Source of the DNA: a virus
Direction: 5' to 3' (one strand)
Length of the DNA: 28,978 bases
IMG/VR virus record: IMGVR_UViG_3300020370_000023
Coordinates: 1-28,978 of that record
How positions within the stretch are numbered: the first letter of the stretch is position 1; the number at the start of each line of letters is the position of its first letter. The notes under the pieces were generated by a model. It was not told the DNA's origin, searched no databases, and worked only from the letters and a program-made list of their open reading frames with translations. Positions 7,015 through 13,624 of the stretch are shown here, piece after piece. Both the position numbers and the translations under genes were made by a program.

Positions 7015-7045
7015 TTGTGTCAATTAAAAATAATATGTATCTTTG
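7015..7045 (+). promoter_or_regulatory. Bacteroidota-type early promoter (-33 TTG / -7 TAnnTTTG)
   Basis: TATCTTTG at 7038-7045 matches TAnnTTTG exactly. TTG at 7015-7017 lies 20 nt upstream, and the first early ATG is at 7072. It sits in the 111-nt intergenic gap at the late-to-early boundary. Confidence 0.55.
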
Positions 7046-7071
7046 CATCATATTAATCAAAACAAAAACAG

Positions 7072-7326
7072 ATGTACTCAAATTTTAAAATGTTAGAAGC
7101 AACAAACAAAGAAGAAGCTATTGTATCAATATTAGATGTAATAGAAGAAAATCCATTATGGCTTAATAAAATTAATGATGGCTTATTTTTATTGGTAAAA
7201 AGTATTGAACCTGAACACAAAAGATTTTTATTAGAAAGGTCATTAGATGAACAAGTAATAGACTTGTTTGTTAAACTAAAAAAAGAATACTATCACTTTA
7301 AAGATTTTACACAATGGAATTACTAA
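7072..7326 (+). CDS. Hypothetical early protein
   Basis: 84-aa ORF, the first gene after the early promoter. Confidence 0.55.
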   Translation: MYSNFKMLEATNKEEAIVSILDVIEENPLWLNKINDGLFLLVKSIEPEHKRFLLERSLDEQVIDLFVKLKKEYYHFKDFTQWNY

Positions 7327-7688
7327 TTTGCGAAGATTACTACTTCTATAATAACGGAGTGTATAAAACAATAGAAAAACTATCACCTGAAGGTTGGTTT
7401 ACAGATTTAAAAAAAGTAGAACCAAGTATTAGAATCTTTGGAACTAGAGAGCAGGTAGATGAAGCTCTTGATACTTATATTGAATTGACTGGTCTTAATC
7501 TTGATGAATCATTTGAATATAAAACAGAAGAGAAAGGCAGCTACTGGGAAGATATTGTATTTAGTGAAACAAGAAAAGACAGACCTACACTAAAAGAATA
7601 CAATAAAGCTGTAAATAAGAATCTAGCAATATACAGAGAGAAATATAATAAACTAAATAATAACAAAGCATTAATAACAACGATATGA
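7314..7688 (+). CDS. Hypothetical early protein
   Basis: 124-aa ORF that overlaps both neighbours, suggesting translational coupling. Confidence 0.55.
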   Translation: MELLICEDYYFYNNGVYKTIEKLSPEGWFTDLKKVEPSIRIFGTREQVDEALDTYIELTGLNLDESFEYKTEEKGSYWEDIVFSETRKDRPTLKEYNKAVNKNLAIYREKYNKLNNNKALITTI

Positions 7689-8068
7689 AAACAGAACTAA
7701 TTAAAGAAAAATATAATAAATATGGATTAACTCCTGATGATATTTTTAAACACCAACACTATATAATTATAACAAGATCAGGAATTGATAAAATTCAAGC
7801 AATAGAAAATATTAGAATTAAATATGAATCTATTAAGTGTGAACCTAATTTTGCAGCAGTTAAAGCTACAGCAATAAAAGATGAACTTATTATTGAAACA
7901 TTTGGTTCAGCTTTAAAAGGAGATTTCAAAAATGGAAATTGCAATACTTTTTATGTATTAGAAATGTCTGAGAAAAGAGCTATGTCAAGAGCAGTATTAA
8001 AATTAACTGGATTTTATGAGCTTGGTGTATTTGGAGAAGATGAAAGTGAAGATTTTAAAAGAAAATAG
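7685..8068 (+). CDS. Hypothetical early protein (weak resemblance to recombination/annealing proteins)
   Basis: 127 aa. The segment YVLEMSEKRAMSRAVLKLTG...GEDE is reminiscent of conserved ends of phage single-strand-annealing proteins. This is too weak to support a name. Confidence 0.5.
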   Translation: MKTELIKEKYNKYGLTPDDIFKHQHYIIITRSGIDKIQAIENIRIKYESIKCEPNFAAVKATAIKDELIIETFGSALKGDFKNGNCNTFYVLEMSEKRAMSRAVLKLTGFYELGVFGEDESEDFKRK

Positions 8069-8071
8069 TAT

Positions 8072-8144
8072 GAGGGGGTTTGGTATCAATATAAATAATA
8101 ATGTCAGCAGTTATACTTTGTAAAGATATACGCCCCCTCTTTTT
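8072..8144 (+). terminator. GC-clamped long-loop hairpin plus T-run (probable terminator of the first early operon)
   Basis: GAGGGGG (8072-8078) pairs with CCCCCTC (8133-8139) across 54 nt and is followed by TTTTT (8140-8144). It begins 4 nt after the stop at 8068. Confidence 0.45.
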
Positions 8145-8163
8145 AATAATTAAAAATTAAATT

Positions 8164-8334
8164 ATGGAAACCGCAATACCTAATAACAGTATAAACAAAC
8201 CTTTAAGTGAAAGTGAGCAGCTTAGAACTGAAAACACAAGACTAAGGAAAAACAATTTAAATTTAAAATTGCAAATAATTAAAGAAAAAGAAAAAATATT
8301 AAAAATAATTAAGTACATTAAAAGTTACAAATAA
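8164..8334 (+). CDS. Small coiled-coil protein (56 aa)
   Basis: My own translation: METAIPNNSINKPLSESEQLRTENTRLRKNNLNLKLQIIKEKEKILKIIKYIKSYK. It has a heptad-like Leu/Ile pattern and fills an otherwise empty gap. It is below the track cutoff. Confidence 0.4.
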   Translation: METAIPNNSINKPLSESEQLRTENTRLRKNNLNLKLQIIKEKEKILKIIKYIKSYK

Positions 8335-8365
8335 AACCTAGTATTAATAAATTAAATAAATAAAA

Positions 8366-8692
8366 ATGGAAGTAAAAGGAAAATTAGTTAAGATGCTTAA
8401 ACTTGAAACAGGTGTAAGTAAATCAGGAAAAGAATGGAAAAAACAAACAGTTGTAGTAGACAATGGAGAAGAGTTTAATAACCTAATAGCAATAAGTGCT
8501 TTTGGTGAAGATAAAATTAAAGACTTAAATAAACTACAAGAAGGAATGACAGTATCTATTCTTTGTAATGTTTATTCTAGAGAGTATAAAGGTAAATATT
8601 ATCACAATATAGATGGATATTGGTTTACACAAAAAGCTGAAAATGAGGACTTTGTAACTTCAGACTCAAATGAGAATGATTTGCCGTTTTAA
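8366..8692 (+). CDS. DUF3127 OB-fold-like protein with an SSB-type acidic tail (candidate ssDNA-binding protein)
   Basis: MEVKGKLVKMLKLETGVSKSGKEWKKQTVVV...SREYKGKYYHNIDGYW fits the DUF3127 pattern. The C-terminal extension ENEDFVTSDSNENDLPF mimics the bacterial SSB tip (DDDIPF). Confidence 0.65.
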   Translation: MEVKGKLVKMLKLETGVSKSGKEWKKQTVVVDNGEEFNNLIAISAFGEDKIKDLNKLQEGMTVSILCNVYSREYKGKYYHNIDGYWFTQKAENEDFVTSDSNENDLPF

Positions 8693-8693
8693 A

Positions 8694-9203
8694 ATGATAC
8701 AAGAAGATAATTTTAAAAACTTATGTGACCTTACTACAAGATTAGTAGGGCTGCGTAAAGGTTCGCTTGCCTTCAAAAGCAGAAAACAAGAATACCAAGT
8801 ACCAAGAAGTGTTGTAGCAGTTGTTGCTAGGATGATAGATAATACACACCCAACTATAATAGCTAAACAGCTTAAAAGAGATAGGGTTTCTGTTTATCAT
8901 TATGAAAGAATGCACGAATCTAATTATCGATCTTTTCCTAAATATAGAGAGATTTTTAATTTAGTCTATAATGCATATTCTAGTATTCAGGGTTCTAAAA
9001 GAACATTTTCAGACTCTAGGGAGTTAGAAATATACTTAAGAGAAAGCGGAATAAGTAACAGTGATAAATACCAAACTATTATTAAAGTTACTTCAGGAAG
9101 AGCTGAATATAATATTAGACTCTCATATAAAGATTTTTACAATCAATTAGAATTATGTAAGTTTGCCCTGACAGATTGTAATTACAACTTAGAAATTATT
9201 TAA
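8694..9203 (+). CDS. DNA-binding protein with a DnaA-C-terminal-like HTH
   Basis: QVPRSVVAVVARMIDNTHPTIIAKQLKRDRVSVYHYERM resembles DnaA domain IV (R..aRqiamyl...IG..f.rdHsTV). I chose the ATG at 8694 rather than the track start at 8670 because it avoids overlap with the upstream stop at 8692. Confidence 0.45.
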   Translation: MIQEDNFKNLCDLTTRLVGLRKGSLAFKSRKQEYQVPRSVVAVVARMIDNTHPTIIAKQLKRDRVSVYHYERMHESNYRSFPKYREIFNLVYNAYSSIQGSKRTFSDSRELEIYLRESGISNSDKYQTIIKVTSGRAEYNIRLSYKDFYNQLELCKFALTDCNYNLEII

Positions 9204-9823
9204 TGGAAAAACCAAACTACTATGCTATAATACCTGCTGAAGTAAGGTACTCAAGTTTAAAACCTAATGCTAAACTTCTTTATGGAGAAATAACTGCATT
9301 AAGTGGAAAACTTGGGTACTGTTATGCAACTAACAACTATTTTGCAGAACTATATGGAGTTAGTAAAAACACAGTTAGCAGGTGGCTTAGCGAATTAAAT
9401 AAATTAGGATTTATAAATATAGAAGTAGAACGCAACGAAAATAAACAAGTGATTAAAAGAAAGGTAGGTATTGTTAAAAAAGACAATAGCCCTATATATA
9501 AAATAAGCAAAGAGAATAATACAAGTATTAATAATACAAGTAATATAAATATAACTAAAGAAAAATTTATTTCAGAGGTTATGACTTTTGATTATCCTAA
9601 AGATATGTTAGAGGATTTTGTAAACTACTGGACAGAGGGTAAAAAGAAAATGAGATACCAAAAACAAAGCACTTTTGAAATAAAATTAAGATTGTTGCGT
9701 TGGAATAAAAATAATAAGTCCTGGAATAAACCTCAAACAATGAGTAAGATACATCAACACTTACAGAAAAACATAAATGTAAAAGAAAAGTTATTAAAAC
9801 AATTAAAAAATGAAAACAATTAA
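9203..9823 (+). CDS. HTH replication-initiation / replisome-organiser-type protein
   Basis: The N-terminus YYAIIPAEVRYSSLKPNAKLLYGEITALSGKLGYCYATNNYFAELYGVSKNTVSRWLSELNKLGFI is the typical HTH_36/DnaD-like phage replication-protein signature. Confidence 0.65.
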   Translation: MEKPNYYAIIPAEVRYSSLKPNAKLLYGEITALSGKLGYCYATNNYFAELYGVSKNTVSRWLSELNKLGFINIEVERNENKQVIKRKVGIVKKDNSPIYKISKENNTSINNTSNINITKEKFISEVMTFDYPKDMLEDFVNYWTEGKKKMRYQKQSTFEIKLRLLRWNKNNKSWNKPQTMSKIHQHLQKNINVKEKLLKQLKNENN

Positions 9824-10178
9824 AACAATGTCAAAAGAAGATTTACTAATGTTGTCAGTAGATTTAGTAAGTAAAACCTATATTGAATTAGGACAAAACA
9901 ATGTAGAAGAAGATACAATAACAATAATGGCTAAAAGTTTAGCTAATGATTTAGCAAGAATTTATAAAAACTTTTATTTTGAAGACGCTGAAAATGCTTT
10001 TCATTTAGGAGTAAGAAGTCCTATGACATCTGACTTTATACATTTAACAGTTCCTACTTATATGAAATGGTTGCGAAAACATCAAGATATAATATGGGAT
10101 GCAAGAGCAAGAGTTGATAAAGGAGAGAATCCTAATCAAGTACCTCATTACAGACCTGAACCAAAACTACTCAAATGA
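9810..10178 (+). CDS. Hypothetical protein
   Basis: 122-aa ORF overlapping the upstream gene by 14 nt. Confidence 0.55.
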   Translation: MKTIKTMSKEDLLMLSVDLVSKTYIELGQNNVEEDTITIMAKSLANDLARIYKNFYFEDAENAFHLGVRSPMTSDFIHLTVPTYMKWLRKHQDIIWDARARVDKGENPNQVPHYRPEPKLLK

Positions 10179-10233
10179 TAGGTTAAGTAATAATCGCAGC
10201 AATAGTGCTGCATATAAACTATAAATTAAAAGA

Positions 10234-10452
10234 ATGAAAACACTTACACAAAAAGAAAGAATTATTAGACATTTAAAAGACAAAGGATCAATTACATCAT
10301 TAGAGGCTATGAGAGAGTATGGCATAATGCGTTTAACATCAAGAGTTTGTGAATTAAAAAACGAGGGCTATTTGATTAGAAGTGAGTTTGTTAGCAGTAA
10401 AAATAGATACAATGAGCCTGTATCTTTTAGTAAATATTCACTAATAAGTTAA
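10234..10452 (+). CDS. Winged-helix DNA-binding protein (HTH_39-like)
   Basis: ERIIRHLKDKGSITSLEAMREYGIMRLTSRVCELKNEGYLI matches the small phage wHTH family pattern (L..G.iT..eA...lgi.RLaaRI.eLr..Gy.I). Confidence 0.6.
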   Translation: MKTLTQKERIIRHLKDKGSITSLEAMREYGIMRLTSRVCELKNEGYLIRSEFVSSKNRYNEPVSFSKYSLIS

Positions 10453-10453
10453 A

Positions 10454-10861
10454 TTGAAGTCAATAAGTAAACTTAAAAAAGAACTAGATAAGTGGTTTAG
10501 TCTTTACATTAGACTAAGAGATAGTCAAAATGGATTAGTACAATGCTTTACTTGTGGTAAAGTTGCACACTATAAAAAAGGCGGTATGCAATGCGGACAC
10601 TTTCAGTCTAGGCGGTTTATGGCAACTAGATATGATGAACAAAACTGTTCAGCTCAATGTGTTGCTTGTAATATGTTCAGAGCAGGAGAGCAATACAGGT
10701 TTGCATTAGCTATTGATGCTAAGTATGGTGATGGCACTGCTGATGAACTGCAATTTAAAGCTAGACAAACAATGAAGTTCACTAGAGCTGATTATGAAGA
10801 AAAAATAAGTTATTACAAGTCAGTTGTTAAAAAATTAAAAAAAGAAAAGGGAATAGAATAA
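10454..10861 (+). CDS. ninG: NinG/Rap-like recombination endonuclease
   Basis: WFSLYIRLRD...CFTCGK...QCGHFQSRRFMATRYDEQNCSAQCVACN...GEQYRF parallels lambda NinG (FIRERD..C.SCG...aGH...lRf.e.N.h.QC..CN). It uses a TTG start 2 nt after the preceding stop. Confidence 0.7.
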   Translation: MKSISKLKKELDKWFSLYIRLRDSQNGLVQCFTCGKVAHYKKGGMQCGHFQSRRFMATRYDEQNCSAQCVACNMFRAGEQYRFALAIDAKYGDGTADELQFKARQTMKFTRADYEEKISYYKSVVKKLKKEKGIE

Positions 10862-10882
10862 TTTTTTTTATAACTTTGAAAA

Positions 10883-11239
10883 ATGCACATTCCTATTTAT
10901 TCAAGTGAAGAACACAAATCAATAGTAGATGTTTATGTTTTAATGTGCAAACAATTTGTAGAAGAAGTAACAACAAAAGCAAGATACAAAAATTATTTAG
11001 AGGTGTTAGACTTAGTTATAGAATATTCTAACAACTATGGCAAAGGAGTTAGAGAAAACAATTTTTATGACTGGATTACTATTATACCAATAAATGTATC
11101 TGTTGCCACTAGCGGATTTTTTGCAGGAGTAGAAACTAAAACTAACTCAGCAGTTATAAGAGCTTATAAGGTTGTATTAGACCAAATGCTGCAAGAGGTT
11201 ATTGATAGAATAGATAAACTAGAACCTACTCATGACTGA
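10883..11239 (+). CDS. Hypothetical protein, translationally coupled to the sigma-like gene
   Basis: 118-aa ORF overlapping the next gene by 8 nt. Confidence 0.55.
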   Translation: MHIPIYSSEEHKSIVDVYVLMCKQFVEEVTTKARYKNYLEVLDLVIEYSNNYGKGVRENNFYDWITIIPINVSVATSGFFAGVETKTNSAVIRAYKVVLDQMLQEVIDRIDKLEPTHD

Positions 11240-11813
11240 TATTTATATTGAAATATCAAAGCTAACAGACAAGTTCAGAACAATGGCTTATGGAATAACA
11301 ACAGATGAAAATAAAATAAATGAAGCAGTACAGGAATTGATGCTTTATTTTTTACAGATGAATCCTGAAACGCTTAGGAATATTTATGAAAAAGATGGAA
11401 TAGATGGAATAACAAGATACGGGGCTGTTGCATTAAGAAGAGCATTAACAAGCACAAGAAGTAATTTTTATTATAAATATGAAAAGTATTATACACATAT
11501 TGATGGTTCTGTTTTTAGTTCTAATACAACTGACACTAATGAGTATATTATTCCTGATGGTTTTAATTATAAAGATATTTCAAATATTCCAAACGAAGAA
11601 GTAGATAACCATAAGATAATGAAATTAGAAGCAATAGATAAAGAGTTAGACAAGCTAGAAAGTTGGTACGATAGAAAACTTTTTCAGTTATATTATAGCG
11701 GTGAGACACTTGACAGTTTAGCAGCTAAGACTAAAATAAGTCGTAACAGTCTTTTTACAACAATAGATAAAGTAAGAACAATAATTAAAAAGAAATTAAA
11801 TGAAGATTTATGA
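11232..11813 (+). CDS. Sigma-70-family-like transcription factor (region 2 and region 4 features)
   Basis: Region-2-like: NEAVQELMLYFLQMNPETL...RYGAVALRRALTSTRSNF. Region-4-like HTH: YDRKLFQLYYSGETLDSLAAKTKISRNSLFTTIDKVRTIIKKKL. Confidence 0.55.
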   Translation: MTDIYIEISKLTDKFRTMAYGITTDENKINEAVQELMLYFLQMNPETLRNIYEKDGIDGITRYGAVALRRALTSTRSNFYYKYEKYYTHIDGSVFSSNTTDTNEYIIPDGFNYKDISNIPNEEVDNHKIMKLEAIDKELDKLESWYDRKLFQLYYSGETLDSLAAKTKISRNSLFTTIDKVRTIIKKKLNEDL

Positions 11814-11914
11814 TCCTGTAAAAAAAGATAGTTTTGTAATGCAGTTTGGTTTTAAAAGTCCAAACTGGCATCCAAGAACTAAAAATACTTATATAAAAAA
11901 AGAAGATAGAAAAA

Positions 11915-12316
11915 GTGAATAGATTTTTTGTTTCTGATGAAGTCTATCAAGACAGGATAGCAATATGTAAAGAATGTGTTTACTATTTTAAACCAACAGG
12001 AACTTGTAAGCGTTGTTTATGTTTTATGAAAGTAAAGGCAAGACTAGCACCAATGGCGTGTCCTCAGAAGTATTGGGATAAAACAACAGAAGTACAAACA
12101 CCTGATGACTTGCCACAAGAGATAATAGATGAAATATTAGATATGTGGAAAGACTTAAAAACAGGAAGAGCAAAAGATGTTCAAGCTAAAAAAAGAATGA
12201 TAGAGACCTACAACACTATACATATGACTTCTTATTCGCCTACTACAAATTGCGGTTCGTGTATATCAACTTGTTTTGATGCAATTAAAAAACTATATAA
12301 AAAATACAGCGAATGA
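11915..12316 (+). CDS. Cys-rich (zinc-binding-type) hypothetical protein
   Basis: CKEC...C..CLC...ACP near the N-terminus and CGSC..C near the C-terminus. It has a GTG start. Confidence 0.5.
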   Translation: MNRFFVSDEVYQDRIAICKECVYYFKPTGTCKRCLCFMKVKARLAPMACPQKYWDKTTEVQTPDDLPQEIIDEILDMWKDLKTGRAKDVQAKKRMIETYNTIHMTSYSPTTNCGSCISTCFDAIKKLYKKYSE

Positions 12317-12495
12317 TAAGAAATACAAAAGAAATACTAGACTATTACTTTAAAAACCCTAGCAAAAACAGTAACAAAGAGATGGCAGAAAGATTTAATA
12401 TTTGTACAATTACTTTTAGTAGAATACTGTCTAAGGAATTAAAAAGAAGAAGAGAAAACAGTATGGTTAGAAGATTTATTAATAAAAATGTTTGA
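12313..12495 (+). CDS. Small basic protein, possible HTH
   Basis: 60 aa. NKEMAERFNICTITFSRIL resembles a short HTH. Its start overlaps the upstream stop (ATGA). Confidence 0.45.
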   Translation: MIRNTKEILDYYFKNPSKNSNKEMAERFNICTITFSRILSKELKRRRENSMVRRFINKNV

Positions 12496-12610
12496 AACAC
12501 TAAGACATATTATAGGTATTTGTGGAGAACCACATCCAAGTTTAATTACTTTATTACTTGGAACACCTATTGCTAGTTATTTAATATATAAAATAAAAAA
12601 TAAAAAATGA
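12488..12610 (+). CDS. Small membrane peptide (40 aa)
   Basis: My own translation: MFETLRHIIGICGEPHPSLITLLLGTPIASYLIYKIKNKK. It overlaps both neighbours by 8 and 4 nt and fills the 12496-12606 gap. Confidence 0.4.
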   Translation: MFETLRHIIGICGEPHPSLITLLLGTPIASYLIYKIKNKK

Positions 12611-12864
12611 AACAAGATTATAAAAGAACGCCTGAGCCAAGTTATTATTTAGGAACATTGTATGGTTATTCAGCCAAAGACATAGTTGATGATTTTAACT
12701 TAAACGCATGGACTGCTCAAGCAGTACAGTATATACTAAGAGCAGGAAAAAAAGATGGTAGTCCTGCTGAACAAGATATACAAAAAGCAATTAATGTTTT
12801 GCATTTTGAGTTAGAAAAACTTTATGAAAAAAGTAAAACTAGAACAGGAGGACTAGCAAAATGA
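12607..12864 (+). CDS. DUF3310-family protein
   Basis: PSYY...DIVDDFNLNAWTAQAVQYILRAGKK...DIQKAINVL follows the DUF3310 pattern (P.yY...i..i......f..gnaiKYl.Rag.K...dl.KA..yl). Confidence 0.65.
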   Translation: MKQDYKRTPEPSYYLGTLYGYSAKDIVDDFNLNAWTAQAVQYILRAGKKDGSPAEQDIQKAINVLHFELEKLYEKSKTRTGGLAK

Positions 12865-13118
12865 CACTATATTATTGTAAATGTTGTAAAGAAGAAAAAG
12901 AAGTAAACAAAGCTAAAATAGTTTACAGAGATAGTAAATGGGTTGCAGATGTTATTTGTAGTTGTGGCAAATATATGGATAGCGAACCTGAAGATGGTAT
13001 GCCAAACCTTAAAAGAACTGAAGCGTCTTTAAGTAAAAAGATAAGGCATGATAAACTATGGGCTGGTGCTAAAGAAAAATTAATAGGAGAACGAGGTATT
13101 AACGAAAAATTTAACTAA
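12861..13118 (+). CDS. Zinc-ribbon-like small protein
   Basis: A CKCC...CSCG pair of Cys dyads in an 85-aa ORF. One of the few AGGAGG-like sequences in the window lies 8 nt upstream. Confidence 0.5.
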   Translation: MTLYYCKCCKEEKEVNKAKIVYRDSKWVADVICSCGKYMDSEPEDGMPNLKRTEASLSKKIRHDKLWAGAKEKLIGERGINEKFN

Positions 13119-13624
13119 TGAAATTATTATACTTATTATTATACATGCAAACACAAATGTCAGTTAACTGGTGTGACTCAATATCATATTCAGTAATAGA
13201 AAACTCAAATGGTGTTTTTAGCGTGACGATTGAAACAACAGACTCTTTAGATAATTATTGTGACACAGTTGATGTTTATTGGGGGGTTTGTAATAGTGAT
13301 TTTTGTTTTAGTGGTATTGGTGCATTTGCATCGTTTCCAATAATACAACTTACAGATACAGTAAAAGTATGTTACAATGCTTACATAATGAATCCGCAAG
13401 GAGCAGGTACTACAATAATACCTTGCACTAACCAGTGTGATACTGTTGTATTTAATGGGCTAGAGTGGGTTCAATTTCCAATAACAAATAGTGTTGGTGT
13501 AAATGAAATACCACTAAGATTAAATAAAAAAATATATAACCTGCAAGGCATAAAACTTTTTAAAGAGCCTAAAAATAAGATTTATATTAAGAATAGAAAG
13601 CTGCATTATGAACTTCGTGATTAA
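13118..13624 (+). CDS. Cys-rich putative secreted protein with a T9SS C-terminal-domain-like tail
   Basis: It has a hydrophobic N-terminus (MKLLYLLLYMQ) and about 11 Cys. The C-terminus VGVNEIPLRLNKKIYNLQGIKLFKEPKNKIYIKNRKL resembles Bacteroidota Por/T9SS sorting domains (tGI.ei....vY.LqG..v..p..GiYI.nGkK). Confidence 0.4.
   Translation: MKLLYLLLYMQTQMSVNWCDSISYSVIENSNGVFSVTIETTDSLDNYCDTVDVYWGVCNSDFCFSGIGAFASFPIIQLTDTVKVCYNAYIMNPQGAGTTIIPCTNQCDTVVFNGLEWVQFPITNSVGVNEIPLRLNKKIYNLQGIKLFKEPKNKIYIKNRKLHYELRD

Noticed and set aside
8070-8123. A 17-codon mini-ORF (MRGFGININNNVSSYTL) inside the long-loop hairpin.
   Set aside because: It is very short, lies inside a probable RNA structure or terminator, and has no coupling to neighbours.
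8670-8693. The track start (ATG 8670) for ORF 8670-9203.
   Set aside because: It would overlap the acidic SSB-like tail of the upstream gene by 23 nt. The in-frame ATG at 8694 starts 1 nt after the upstream stop, as at most other junctions. Either start is possible.
10196-10211. A small hairpin GCAGCA-ATAG-TGCTGC in the 10179-10233 gap, considered as a terminator.
   Set aside because: The stem is only 6 bp and no T-run follows. It may still be a weak structural element but is not supportable as a terminator.
10871-10878. TAACTTTG, an exact TAnnTTTG match upstream of ORF 10883, considered as a second host-type promoter.
   Set aside because: The motif ends only 4 nt before the ATG, so a transcript started from it would begin at or inside the start codon. 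No TTG/TTTG lies at the expected -33 distance. At most it is a leaderless-type promoter, and that is unsupported.
11800-11922. A 40-aa ORF (MKIYDPVKKDSFVMQFGFKSPNWHPRTKNTYIKKEDRKSE) bridging the sigma-like gene and ORF 11915.
   Set aside because: It neatly fills the 11814-11914 gap and overlaps both neighbours, so it may be real. It is short and has no recognisable features, so I left it unannotated.
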